The translations under genes and the position numbers were made by a program. Below, one piece after another: positions 35,163-44,893 of a DNA stretch of 61,837 nucleotides. The notes below the pieces were generated by a model. The model was not told the DNA's origin, did no database searches, and was given only the letters and a program-made list of their open reading frames with translations. Position 1 is the first letter of the stretch. Every line of letters begins with the position of its first letter. Source of the DNA: Pyrinomonadaceae bacterium (GTDB taxonomy: Bacteria > Acidobacteriota > Blastocatellia > Pyrinomonadales > Pyrinomonadaceae); NCBI GenBank assembly GCA_023717605.1, contig JAMQPH010000315.1, forward strand, positions 1-61,837, written 5' to 3'.

Positions 35163-37418
35163 TCAGATCCCACTCTTTGGAGTGCGGCGCTTTGTCACTG
35201 CTTTCCCTCCTGGGGCCACCTCAGTTATGACTATGTTACGAATTACGTCGCCGCGCGCAATTGCATCGACTACTTCCATACCCGACACCACCCTGCCAAA
35301 CACCGTGTATCCACCGTCGAGATGTGGCTGGGGTGAATGCGTCACAAACCACTGCGAGCCGCCGGTGTCCTTTCCCGAAAGAGCCATGCCAACCGCGCCG
35401 CGTTCGTAAGGCACTTCGTTGATCTCGCAACGGATCTGATATCCCGGCCCGCCATTGCCATCACCTCGAGGATCACCATCTTGAATTACAAAGTTTGGTA
35501 CGACACGATGGACCGTGATGGCTTTAAAGTAACCGCTTTTTGCCAGTTGGACGAAGTTGTCAACGGTCAGCGGGGCGTCGCCTGCCAAGAGCTCAATGGT
35601 AAAGGAGCCCTCGGTCGTCGAAACCAATGCCCTCACATTCGTACCAACGCGGGAAATGGCGCGCTGATAGTCGGATAGGGTATTTCGGGTTTGCACTGTC
35701 CCGATTCGCGCCGAAAAGTCTCCTCCGCCATTGGCCTTCAACAACGTCGCCGCATGGCGCCGGACAAGATAGTCGGATGAGTTTAGTGCAGTCTTAATCG
35801 CCTCGTTCGCTACCGCGATCTTCTGCTTACCCAGGGAGTCGAGATTTGACAGTGCAGCATCGTTCTGTTTGTCCGTCTGGGCCAACGACAAGGCTTTGAT
35901 CAAGGCAGAAGTATTTGATTCACCAGGCGGAAGCTCGCCTAACAACTCGGCAGCAGTTGCGCGGATCACGACATCAGTTTCTTCCAGATGAGCGATTAGT
36001 AGATTATTGAGGTCCTTCGGCTTGAATGCAGCGAAAGCGCGAAGGACATCCGGAATCGCATATTCAGAATGAACAGCAACAAGGGTGTTGATGACGATGC
36101 CGGAGTTTCTATAGTCAAGCATCGATCGCAAAATTTCTTGAGACTGCTCCGCCAGCTGCGCCTTATCCTGCATAGAATCTGGCAGTGCCGCAATCTCGCC
36201 AAGACCCTGGGCCAGGCTTGAGGCTGCGTTCCAATTCAATAACAAGGTCTCTTGAGCTTTTCTTCTTGCGGCTGCTCCATTACCCAGTTCCGCTAGATAG
36301 CCTGGCGGCGAGATCCGCACGAATGCAATATCCACTTCTGGTGCCGAGTTTTGAAAACCCCCACGAATTCTCTTTAACCAGGCAAGTGCGTCTTTGTCTT
36401 CTCTTCCAAGCAACAGACGGCCTATGGTCGTGACAATTTCCAACGCTTCATTGGCCTGACCCGGGACAGTTCGCAGCGACTCTGCAGACCATGCGTCACT
36501 GCGTTTTAAGAGAGGCTTAGCTGCCCTTGGATCTTTGAGCGCTGCCAGTGCCCGAATGGCGCTGACCCGCACCCTCAAATCAGTGTCATTCAATGCTCGG
36601 TCAAGCAGACTGTCAAAAGCATCCTTATCTTCCGTTGCCCCAAGCACGCGTGCGGCGTTGGCGCGGACGATTGGATCGGGATCAGCGATCAGGAGCTTTC
36701 GCAGCTGCTCGTTTCCATCCTTAGCTCGCAGGCGAGCCAGCGCGTTTGCTGCGTCGGCCCGGATACGAGGGTCGGCGTAAGTGAGAAATTCAGTGATTAC
36801 TCTGCCAACGCCTTGAGGGCGGGCGCGCAGAGCCGCGGTCAGGCCGAGTAGAATCACATCCGTGTCCGAAGCCGAACGACGGGCAACCTCAAACTCAAGT
36901 GCAGCATAGATCTCTTTTCTAAACGACTTAATGCGCGTCTCGTCAGTTGCAGGCAATGCGGCCGCAATCTTCCCGAGGGCTTCGACTATGCGCGCTCGCT
37001 CAGCCCCGCCACGCTTAGCGAGTTCTGCAACCAGCGCGTCACCAGCAGCCGGCAATTCAGTTTCTCCTAACGCAAAAGCCGCCATTGCTCTCACGTTGTT
37101 GTCCTTGTCTTGCTGTAGCAATGCCACCAGCGATGGAACAGCGCGTTCATCGCCGATTCGACCTGCGGCCAGAGCCGCACGAGCGCGTACGGCTGCATTC
37201 CTAGCTGATAACAAACCACTCAGGTCTGCGTCCCAACGGCGCTCATCCTCGGCGCGCACGATTCGCAGCAAAATGTTTTGTGGGACCGACGAAACTGAGG
37301 ACACCGCCGGTGGTTTTTGAGCGTGAGACTCCATCGCCGTGGCAATGACAAAAAGGCACGAGAAGGCCAAAGGTGCAGCACAGAGCACGAGCCTAAGAGC
37401 AACTTGCGCAAGAGTCAT
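35163..37418 (-). CDS. Exported HEAT-repeat protein fused to a cyclophilin-type peptidyl-prolyl isomerase
   Basis: N-terminal signal-like segment and more than 10 HEAT/PBS-lyase-like repeats (D..VR..AA.ALG). The C-terminal about 170 aa carry HRVVPNFVIQDGDP, GAVGMA, SQWFVT and TVFGRV cyclophilin blocks. Confidence 0.88.
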   Translation of the reverse strand: MTLAQVALRLVLCAAPLAFSCLFVIATAMESHAQKPPAVSSVSSVPQNILLRIVRAEDERRWDADLSGLLSARNAAVRARAALAAGRIGDERAVPSLVALLQQDKDNNVRAMAAFALGETELPAAGDALVAELAKRGGAERARIVEALGKIAAALPATDETRIKSFRKEIYAALEFEVARRSASDTDVILLGLTAALRARPQGVGRVITEFLTYADPRIRADAANALARLRAKDGNEQLRKLLIADPDPIVRANAARVLGATEDKDAFDSLLDRALNDTDLRVRVSAIRALAALKDPRAAKPLLKRSDAWSAESLRTVPGQANEALEIVTTIGRLLLGREDKDALAWLKRIRGGFQNSAPEVDIAFVRISPPGYLAELGNGAAARRKAQETLLLNWNAASSLAQGLGEIAALPDSMQDKAQLAEQSQEILRSMLDYRNSGIVINTLVAVHSEYAIPDVLRAFAAFKPKDLNNLLIAHLEETDVVIRATAAELLGELPPGESNTSALIKALSLAQTDKQNDAALSNLDSLGKQKIAVANEAIKTALNSSDYLVRRHAATLLKANGGGDFSARIGTVQTRNTLSDYQRAISRVGTNVRALVSTTEGSFTIELLAGDAPLTVDNFVQLAKSGYFKAITVHRVVPNFVIQDGDPRGDGNGGPGYQIRCEINEVPYERGAVGMALSGKDTGGSQWFVTHSPQPHLDGGYTVFGRVVSGMEVVDAIARGDVIRNIVITEVAPGGKAVTKRRTPKSGI

Positions 37419-37595
37419 GTGGTTCCAGCTTTCGGGCCAACAGATCTAGTCGGCACGGGTTTTCGACTGTCTGCCTGCCTGGTTGTGGGGAGTCGCTCTT
37501 CATGTATCAGGGACGCGCGGGTTCTCTGTCAAGGGCTCTCCGGAAATGGGTGAGTTTGGATTTGAGCACATCATCCCTTTTCGAGGTTCAAATAC

Positions 37596-37626
37596 AAAAG
37601 CGCCTCGCCAGTGACGGGCGAGGCGC
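37596..37626 (-). terminator. Rho-independent terminator of the downstream bactofilin gene
   Basis: On the minus strand: GCGCCTCGCC-CGTCACT-GGCGAGGCGC followed by TTTT, about 30 nt after the stop at 37658. Confidence 0.8.
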
Positions 37627-37657
37627 TATCAATATCTTCAGTTGAACGCGTGACTAG

Positions 37658-38344
37658 TTAGTTTGCTGCGCTCGAGACGTTGGTAACCTGCGACTGCTTC
37701 GCGACGTCCGCCGGCTTACCAGTGTCCGTGGGTTTCGACGAGCCATCCGCAGTGATGGGCTTCATGCCGGAGGCATCGAGTGGCTGATCTTTCTTATTCT
37801 TGTCGGCAGCTGCGCTCATTTGGAGCATCTTGCAACTACCTTCGAAAATGCCGCCTTGCTCGATTACAAGTGAAGGAGTCTGAATGTTGCCATTCACTTT
37901 TGCCGCCCGGCCCAGTTCAAGACGCTGCGTGGCAATGATGTCGCCATTGATCGTGCCGTGGATAACCGCCACTGCTACCTCAATATTGGCATCGACTTTG
38001 CCATTCGCGCCCACAATCAAGGTCCCGCTACTTGAGCTAACCCTTCCCGAAAGATGCCCGTCCACTCGGAGCATCGCTTTGAATGTTGCCTCACCGGTCA
38101 CCGACGTGCCGCCGCCCACAAAGCCGCTGAGCGTGCCTTCTTTGATATCCCGAGCTAACGTCTCGCTCTCAGTCATCGCTTTGGCCGAAACTTGAGGCGT
38201 GTCACTTGCGGGCTTCGCTTCAGGAGTGGTTCCCTGATATGAGGGGTAATTGTTTCGGGGAGTATTATAAGCCGACGTGTCTTGCTTAGCGGTGGTATGT
38301 TCGTCGTCTTGTTGATCCTTTGGGTTCTTTCCTATCCTCAACAT
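37658..38344 (-). CDS. Bactofilin family cytoskeletal protein
   Basis: Disordered N-terminal tail, then a beta-helical DUF583 core (GTLIVGANGKVDANIEVAVAVIHGTINGDIIA..VNGNIQTPSLVIEQGGIFEGSCKM). Confidence 0.88.
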   Translation of the reverse strand: MLRIGKNPKDQQDDEHTTAKQDTSAYNTPRNNYPSYQGTTPEAKPASDTPQVSAKAMTESETLARDIKEGTLSGFVGGGTSVTGEATFKAMLRVDGHLSGRVSSSSGTLIVGANGKVDANIEVAVAVIHGTINGDIIATQRLELGRAAKVNGNIQTPSLVIEQGGIFEGSCKMLQMSAAADKNKKDQPLDASGMKPITADGSSKPTDTGKPADVAKQSQVTNVSSAAN

Positions 38345-38862
38345 TGTAACCTCCGTAAATTTGGCTGCGCGGGGGGTTCAGTCACGAGTGCCATCGGGCG
38401 GTAATAGCAACAAAACGACGCGCTTACCTTTCAGTGGTGGATTGTTTGCTAGTTTTGGTTTCTAGCCTGAATGGTCGACCGCCCAAGAGCGGGGAACCCA
38501 TCATAGACAAACTGGACTACCAGTGTCCAGTCCTGTAATGAAATTGTAATGCCAGGTTTATCGATGTTTGATTGCTACATCCTTGGACCCCTGAGATCGC
38601 TCCAGTCAAAAAAATTGGGCTGACGTACCTCGAAAAGCATGCGACCGCCAGACTTGTTCCGCAAAACTCGCCTTTATTCATCGGGTCGGGCTCGGCTCTA
38701 TCTCCCCCAAAGACACACTCCCCCTCAAAGATGGCCCGTCGCTGATTGAAAAGGTAAGGCGTACCAATCTGGCCAAGTGTTGCAATACTGCCGCCTTACC
38801 CACGTCGAGCGACGTCGTCATTTAGTTGCGTTTCGGGAAGGCCTGGACGTATTACCCGCGCT

Positions 38863-39528
38863 TCATGCTGAGACAATTTGTCCTTCGGCGATCATCGTGC
38901 AGATGCCTTCAAAGATGGCCCCGTTTTTGATCTCGATAGATCTGGTCCAGATGTTTCCGTAGATCTTGGCGCTGGGTCCAATCTCAACTCGTTCGTGCGC
39001 TACGATATCTCCTGTAACAGTGCCACCGATGATTGCCACTGCAACATCGACCTGGGCGTCGACTCTGGCACTGATATCGACGAACAATGTCCCTTTTTTT
39101 GAGTAGACGGTTCCGGCTATGTAGCCATTGACTCGAACCATGTCTCGGAAGCTGACTTCACCGGAAAACTCCGGCTCACAGAAAAAAGATCTCGTCCTCT
39201 GCCGTACGCTCAAGCTCCCACCACTGCCGCCCAACTGACCAGACGCAATACCATCAAGGTTAAGCGTTCCTTTGCACTGGGCCTCTCCAGTTATCACCGG
39301 GAGTTTTGTTTGGTGGTCCTTGACTTCGTTGCGGGGTGGCGCGATTAGTGGCGGGTGTTTCCTGGAGACCACTGACGAGGTTAGCGCGGTGGCCACGTTA
39401 TGAATTGCCGGCTGCTCGATCGAGTAACGATCGTCGAGTGAGGCGGCACTGGCCTCGGTTAAAGTAGTCGTAGGCGTAGACGTACTGCGGCCGCCTGGGC
39501 TGTTCGGTTTCCGTTTGATCTCCAACAT
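38863..39528 (-). CDS. Bactofilin family cytoskeletal protein (second paralogue)
   Basis: Core GTLFVDISARVDAQVDVAVAIIGGTVTGDIVA..IYGNIWTRSIEIKNGAIFEGICTM. ATG 39528 has GGAGA 7 nt upstream and gives MLEIK.., parallel to MLRIG.. of the paralogue. The ORF-track TTG start at 39705 is less likely. Confidence 0.82.
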   Translation of the reverse strand: MLEIKRKPNSPGGRSTSTPTTTLTEASAASLDDRYSIEQPAIHNVATALTSSVVSRKHPPLIAPPRNEVKDHQTKLPVITGEAQCKGTLNLDGIASGQLGGSGGSLSVRQRTRSFFCEPEFSGEVSFRDMVRVNGYIAGTVYSKKGTLFVDISARVDAQVDVAVAIIGGTVTGDIVAHERVEIGPSAKIYGNIWTRSIEIKNGAIFEGICTMIAEGQIVSA

Positions 39529-39894
39529 GGCCGACTCTCCGATGAGACTGGTCTTGGATCGACGATCGACAGAGTTCGCTGTTTCGTGAGTGTGGGAGTA
39601 AACCGCACTGACTGGGGACCCAGTTACGGATCTTACGGAGTCCTGAGAGAGCGCAAAAGCCTTGAAGTGTCGGGCAAGGTACCACGAACTCCGCCGATTC
39701 TTCAAGACTTTTTGTCGCTTTGGACCACCTGGGAGGCTGGGGGCATTGAATGGAGGTCAAGAGCTTGGACCAACCACCTTCACTCGTGTTTTTAGAGGAA
39801 CCGCAACTCGAGTGCTGACGCTCTGGTTGTCAACCGCCGAGTCGCCGTGGCATTCTCAACGCGAACAAGATACAGGGAAGATTGGGGCGAGAGA

Positions 39895-40749
39895 ATGCCA
39901 GCGGAAGACCGGACCAAAACCAAGCTGCTTCGCCGCGTCGGTGAAGCGATCGAGCACTTTGGAATGATCCAGAACGGCGACCGGATAATGGTTTGCCTTT
40001 CGGGCGGAAAGGACAGTCATACGCTGCTCGACTTGCTGCTCGATCTGCAAGCGCGTGCCCCAGTAAGCTTCGATCTGCTGGTGGTCAATCTGGACCAGAA
40101 GCAGCCCGGCTTTCCCGCTAATGTTCTATTCGAGTACCTGACCAGCCGTGCAGTCCCGTTTCGCATTGTGGAAAGTGATACCTATTCGATCGTCAAACGG
40201 CTGGTACCGGAAGGAAAGACTTATTGCTCGGTTTGCTCGCGTCTGCGCCGCGGGATTCTCTACAACATCGCTGTCGAAGAGCGTTGTAACAAGATCGCCC
40301 TGGGCCATCACGCCGACGATATCGTCGCGACCTTTCTTCTGAATGTTTTCTACGGCGGTACTCTTAAGACCATGCCGCCGGTTCTTTATTCGCAGGATGG
40401 ACGCAACACAGTTATCCGACCGCTCGCCTATTGTCACGAGTCGGAAATCATCGAATTTGCCAGGTCGAGACAGTTTCCGATCATCCCTTGCGATCTCTGC
40501 GGGTCGCAATCAAATTTAAAGCGCGCGCGCGTCATGCGTCTGCTCACCGATCTTGAAAAGGAGATTCCCAACATTCGCAGCTCGATGCTGACGGCCTTGG
40601 GTAATGTCGTGACCTCTCATCTGCTTGATCGAAAGCATTTCGAATTCGCAAAACTCGAACCGGCCACCGGCGACGTCGAAGCAGAACTCAATCTGGCTCT
40701 GGGCCACGGCGACCAGGACTCAAGTCAGCAACTCGTTTCAATCCTGTGA
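39895..40749 (+). CDS. ttcA: tRNA 2-thiocytidine biosynthesis protein
   Basis: PP-loop CLSGGKDS and Cys motifs [10 protein letters not shown] and CDLCGS. Start taken at ATG 39895. Confidence 0.88.
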   Translation: MPAEDRTKTKLLRRVGEAIEHFGMIQNGDRIMVCLSGGKDSHTLLDLLLDLQARAPVSFDLLVVNLDQKQPGFPANVLFEYLTSRAVPFRIVESDTYSIVKRLVPEGKTYCSVCSRLRRGILYNIAVEERCNKIALGHHADDIVATFLLNVFYGGTLKTMPPVLYSQDGRNTVIRPLAYCHESEIIEFARSRQFPIIPCDLCGSQSNLKRARVMRLLTDLEKEIPNIRSSMLTALGNVVTSHLLDRKHFEFAKLEPATGDVEAELNLALGHGDQDSSQQLVSIL

Positions 40750-40799
40750 TGAGTGGGCCGGACCCGCTTGCGTCCGGACTTTGATTCTGTGGAAAGCTC

Positions 40800-41693
40800 A
40801 TGCCGCCAGCGAAGAAAAGCCGCGAACTCGATCTAAGTGCCTTCCCACCCGGCACAGTCACAGAATACTCAACGCTGCTCTGCCTCGCCTGCATCTTCGA
40901 TCTCTTTACGAGTCAATTAGGTCTCGCCCCGCGCACTGCCTATTCCGAAATTAAACGCTATGCGCCATCGATCGAAGAATTGACCGCGCCCACGGCGGTG
41001 CGTCCATTCTTCGATAGCGAAGAGAAGCACCCGCATTGTCCTTACTGCAATGCGGCAAAACGCTGGCACTCCCGTCTCGATACTTTTCGTATTGAAGGCG
41101 TCAAGAGCACCGATACGGCTCGGCGGGCACTAGCCAAATCGCTCCCCACGAAGGACAACCAGTTTCAATTTATCGAGACCAGGTCAGACCGGCGCAGTTT
41201 GTTTTTCGACTGGCTTGACACTCAGCGTGGCAATCTTGACCTCGAGAATGAATCCTGGTTGATTGATGCAACCCGTTCTTTTCTCGAACGACTGGAACCG
41301 AAGCACAATTGGTCAGAGGTGTTCGCAGATCTAAGGTCGGTGCGGAGATCGCAGCGGCTCGAAGTTGGCTGGGAAAGAGCGGGCTCGCGTCTTTTCCTGG
41401 CACCGTCTCTCTACAACGAGGTCCTGGTTGTACAATACCTCATCAGCCGCTCGCACACGCACGCCGGACATACCTTTGAAGGCAGAATTACGTTGGCTGA
41501 GTTGATACGGCGTTTGCGTTACTCGGGCTATCTCGGCGCAAACGAAATCGATGAAAGCGATCAGTTCGGGATTCTGGAGAGGCTCGTGGAAAAGTTGTCT
41601 GGCGGTTCAGCCCGCACCAAACTCTATTATGTGGTGGATCGCCGGAATTTTCTGGAGAAGGTCAAATCCGTTTACTCGCGCTACGCCACATAG
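40800..41693 (+). CDS. Hypothetical protein
   Basis: 297-aa ORF, 50 nt downstream of ttcA on the same strand. The only features seen are HPHCPYCNAAKRW and SRSHTHAGH. Confidence 0.6.
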   Translation: MPPAKKSRELDLSAFPPGTVTEYSTLLCLACIFDLFTSQLGLAPRTAYSEIKRYAPSIEELTAPTAVRPFFDSEEKHPHCPYCNAAKRWHSRLDTFRIEGVKSTDTARRALAKSLPTKDNQFQFIETRSDRRSLFFDWLDTQRGNLDLENESWLIDATRSFLERLEPKHNWSEVFADLRSVRRSQRLEVGWERAGSRLFLAPSLYNEVLVVQYLISRSHTHAGHTFEGRITLAELIRRLRYSGYLGANEIDESDQFGILERLVEKLSGGSARTKLYYVVDRRNFLEKVKSVYSRYAT

Positions 41694-41767
41694 TCCAGGT
41701 TGCGACAATCATTTGGAGTGCGACGCCTCGCGCGGCGTTTGCCGCGACACTCTAGATTCGTTTGCTC

Positions 41768-42802
41768 CTAAGGAGTCGCAGGTTTGTACTTGTCAATCAG
41801 CTGTTGGAGGCCGTCAGTCGACCCGTTATGGCGATATTTGTAGTAAGGCGTAATGCTCTCCAGAACCTGAGTCTCAAGACCCTTATACACTGGTTTTCCC
41901 GCACTAGCACCCAGAGCCCTCGCATAGAGGTCAATCGCTTTGTCCATTTTTTCAGTAGCCTTCTTTAGCGTCTCGTCCTTTTCTTTACCGGCAGGCATCG
42001 TCCTGTGAGACAGCGCGAGCTGTTGGTACTCTTCATCGACTATCTGCCCAAGCAGAGCATAACTGGTCGGCTCAGACGGGTTGAGCGCCGCAGCTTTTTC
42101 AAACCGGACCTTCGCTTCGGCGGGATTACCGCGGACCAGAGAAAGAACCCCCATGTTCAGATAGAGAAGAGGCAGCATCGCTTTCTGCTTTTCCCAACTC
42201 GCTTCGTCGACGTAGGCAGGCTTCTTGTTCGCCTCGATAAGCTCGATCGCCTTGAGACCATACTGAAGGCTAACATCCACGTACTTCGCGTTTTGCTTCT
42301 TTGCCTCTTCAGTTCCGACCAATGCGAGATGTGACATAACGGCTACGTTGTCAGGTTGCTTCGCCAGTAAAGAGGCACCCTGACGGAAAGCATCGTCGGT
42401 GCGTTTTAGAGCCAGCAAGGCGTCGAGCGAAACCAATTGGATCAATTCCAAATCCTCGGGTTGCTTGAAGACTTTCTGAAAGTCTTCTGCCAGCTTCAGC
42501 TTTTGATTGGCGTCGGTCACTTTGGCGATTTCGCCGGCGACGTAGCCCGCAACTTGTGAGCGTAAAGCGCTCTTCGAGTATTTCTTTAGAAACTCTCCAG
42601 CAGCAGCAAGCTTGGCCGCGGCATCCGGCGCAGAATTGATAGCACTAACCGCGTTCGCTTCCGCGTCAGAAACCTTAGGCTTGGCTTGTTCCTGAGTTAG
42701 CACCTCCGAAGAGGCAGTCCAGGCGAGTGCCGATGGACCAATGCCAACGACGAGCGAGAAAACAGAAATGACGCGGAACAATGAAAAGCTCTTGGATTTC
42801 AT
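41768..42802 (-). CDS. Hypothetical secreted helical (TPR-like) protein
   Basis: Signal-like N-terminus and an Ala/Lys-rich helical repeat composition. No catalytic motif. Confidence 0.65.
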   Translation of the reverse strand: MKSKSFSLFRVISVFSLVVGIGPSALAWTASSEVLTQEQAKPKVSDAEANAVSAINSAPDAAAKLAAAGEFLKKYSKSALRSQVAGYVAGEIAKVTDANQKLKLAEDFQKVFKQPEDLELIQLVSLDALLALKRTDDAFRQGASLLAKQPDNVAVMSHLALVGTEEAKKQNAKYVDVSLQYGLKAIELIEANKKPAYVDEASWEKQKAMLPLLYLNMGVLSLVRGNPAEAKVRFEKAAALNPSEPTSYALLGQIVDEEYQQLALSHRTMPAGKEKDETLKKATEKMDKAIDLYARALGASAGKPVYKGLETQVLESITPYYKYRHNGSTDGLQQLIDKYKPATP

Positions 42803-42892
42803 CTCTTCACACCTTATCCCGAATTAGTTTGAATGAATTGGTTTGGATCCAGACGCGATATTGCTTTATGAGAGCGAGGAATGGCAAGTGAT

Positions 42893-42945
42893 AAAACAAC
42901 GGATCGGTACTTTGTTCTTTGTCCTTCGACCTTTGTTCTTTGCGG
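42893..42945. repeat. CTTTG-type oligomer repeat downstream of nadE
   Basis: GGTACTTTGTTCTTTGTCCTTCGACCTTTGTTCTTTGCGGTACC has palindromic GGTAC ends and shares its motif theme with 44617-44680. Confidence 0.7.
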
Positions 42946-42948
42946 TAC

Positions 42949-44613
42949 CTAGATCGTCCCTATCGGTTTACGACGGTACTTGTGCGTTACTGGACGGCGG
43001 CGGCCAATCCCGATGGCGTTCCGTGAAATTATCAAGGTAGGCGGCAGTTGCCGGCGCTTAAATTCATTGGCCGGCGATTCGACCCGGTTCAGAATGTCGT
43101 AAACCAGTTCTCTATCGTTCCCAGCGGCGACAATCTCCTCGGGCGTCGCCTTCTGTTCGAAGTACATTCTGAGTATTGGATCGAGTATGTCGTAGGCAGG
43201 TAGCGACTGATCGTCGAATTGTCCGGGCGCTAGTTCCGCGGAGGGACGCTTTTCGATAATCGTGGTCGGAATGAACTCCTGGGCGCGATTGAAATGACGT
43301 GCCAGCGCGTAAGCCTCAGTCTTCAAGACGTCTCCGATCACTGCCAATCCGCCATTGGTGTCGCCGTAAAGAGTGCAGTAGCCGAGGGCGAGTTCCGATT
43401 TATTCCCCGTCGATAACAATAGCCGGCCCTCGGCGTTCGAAATTGTCATCAGGATATTTCCTCGCAAACGCGATTGCAGATTCTCAGCTGCATGTGAACT
43501 GCTGCCCACTGCAGGTGCCGGCAAGTTCATTTCTTTTAGCAAAACCTGAAACGCCTCAGTAATGGGACGTTCAATTACTCTCATACCCAGCCGGCGGCCC
43601 AGTTCCACAGAGTCTTCAATGCTGGAACGAGAGGAGTAAGGTGATGGCATCATAACGGCCAGCACGTTTTCCGGACTCAACGCTTCACAGGCGAGGGCGG
43701 CCACGAGTGCCGAATCGATTCCGCCCGAGAGGCCCAGGACCGCTGTCTGGAACCGGTTCTTGCGAGCGTAATCGCGAATACCGAGTACCAGCGCGCTGTG
43801 AATTGTCTCAATGTCATCGCCCGGCAAACAACGCTCGTCCCGCAAACCGCAGTCGAGATCGACAGTGCCGAAGAATTCTTCGAAGGGTGGGGCCTGCAAA
43901 ATGATATTGCCTTCACAATCCGCAACTATGCTGGCGCCGTCGAAAACGACGCCGTCATTTCCACCAACCAGGTTTACGAAAACTATGGGCAGTCTGGCCG
44001 CCTTGGCCCGGTGCGAGACCATTGCGCAACGTTGTCCCATCTTGCCCTTGTTGAAGGGCGAAGCATTGATCGAGACGAGGACCTTCGCGCCCATCTCAAT
44101 CAATTCATCAGCGGGATCATGTGAGTAGAGACGCTCCTTCCAGAAGGTCTTGTCATTCCAGAAGTCTTCGCAGACGGCGACGCCTAGTTCGCCATCTTCA
44201 GTCGGGAAGAGGTGACGTTCATGAGCCGGCTCAAAGTAGCGGGGATCGTCAAAAACATCGTACTCCGGCAGAAGCGTCTTGTCCGCGAAGCCTACGAGCT
44301 GCTTATTACGGATGACGGCTGCCGAATTAAAGAGTCTTCGCCCGGTGGGCAGACCGGTTGGTCTAACGGTGCCTACAATTGCGGTTATACCTTCAGTCGC
44401 CTGGATGATCTTGTCCAGGGGCTGCAAAACGCAACAGGCAATGTCCCGATCGAGAAACCAGTCGAGCGATGTATATCCCTGGATACAAGTCTCAGGGAGT
44501 ACGACGAGATCTGACTGGTCCTGCTTACCATGTTCGATTGCACGAATGACGGCCGCAGTGTTTCCGTCGTAGTCGCCGTTAGTGGTGTTTATCTGACCGA
44601 TTGTGACGCGCAT
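42949..44613 (-). CDS. nadE: Glutamine-dependent NAD+ synthetase
   Basis: N-terminal CN-hydrolase domain (VLPETCIQGY, GVAVCEDFW) and a C-terminal synthetase with PP-loop GLSGGIDSALVA. Start at ATG 44613 (MRVTIGQ); the 74-aa upstream extension in the ORF track translates a simple-repeat palindrome. Confidence 0.92.
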   Translation of the reverse strand: MRVTIGQINTTNGDYDGNTAAVIRAIEHGKQDQSDLVVLPETCIQGYTSLDWFLDRDIACCVLQPLDKIIQATEGITAIVGTVRPTGLPTGRRLFNSAAVIRNKQLVGFADKTLLPEYDVFDDPRYFEPAHERHLFPTEDGELGVAVCEDFWNDKTFWKERLYSHDPADELIEMGAKVLVSINASPFNKGKMGQRCAMVSHRAKAARLPIVFVNLVGGNDGVVFDGASIVADCEGNIILQAPPFEEFFGTVDLDCGLRDERCLPGDDIETIHSALVLGIRDYARKNRFQTAVLGLSGGIDSALVAALACEALSPENVLAVMMPSPYSSRSSIEDSVELGRRLGMRVIERPITEAFQVLLKEMNLPAPAVGSSSHAAENLQSRLRGNILMTISNAEGRLLLSTGNKSELALGYCTLYGDTNGGLAVIGDVLKTEAYALARHFNRAQEFIPTTIIEKRPSAELAPGQFDDQSLPAYDILDPILRMYFEQKATPEEIVAAGNDRELVYDILNRVESPANEFKRRQLPPTLIISRNAIGIGRRRPVTHKYRRKPIGTI

Positions 44614-44616
44614 CTT

Positions 44617-44832
44617 CTTTTGGGTCTTTGGACTTAGGGCTTTGGTCTTGGTCTTTGAACTTTGTGCTTTGAACTTTGTTATTTTCTCCTGCGAAGATCG
44701 TGCACGTTTCCAAGTTAGATCGCAAATTAGAAATCCAAGATCAAAAGTACCAAGTTCCAAGCACAAGGCCCAACTCCAAAGGCCCAAGTCCAAAGACCCA
44801 AGTCCAAAGGCCCAAGTCCAAAGTCCCAAGTT
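44617..44832. repeat. About 215-nt palindrome built of TTGG/CTTTGG oligomers
   Basis: TTGGGTCTTTGGACTTAGGGCTTTGG (44620-44645) is roughly the reverse complement of CCAAAGGCCCAAGTCCAAAGACCCAA (44775-44800). The right arm contains tandem CCAAAGNCCCAAGT units. Confidence 0.85.
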
Positions 44833-44893
44833 CACGATCAGAAGATTTTGTCGCAGCCCGTTGGTGAGTTATATTACTTTGCCTCGCACGGCT

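Noticed and set aside
38345-38862. A possible housekeeping ncRNA (tmRNA, RNase P, SRP or 6S) in the long bactofilin spacer.
   Set aside because: I could not find the conserved cores, such as the RNase P GAGGAAAGTCCGG block, the SRP GGAAG-containing hairpin, or a tmRNA tag ORF with a tRNA-like end. Only a covariance-model scan could settle this.
44745-44835. Regularly spaced short repeats (CCAAAGNCCCAAGT units) that look CRISPR-like or microsatellite-like at first glance.
   Set aside because: The period is only about 14-16 nt, there are no unique spacers, and the units form one arm of a larger palindrome. No cas genes are in the window.
44614-44835. A 74-codon N-terminal extension of the nadE ORF (MNLGLWTWAFGLGSLDLGLW...).
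   Set aside because: It is a low-complexity translation of the simple-repeat palindrome. The conserved CN-hydrolase domain begins right after ATG 44613.
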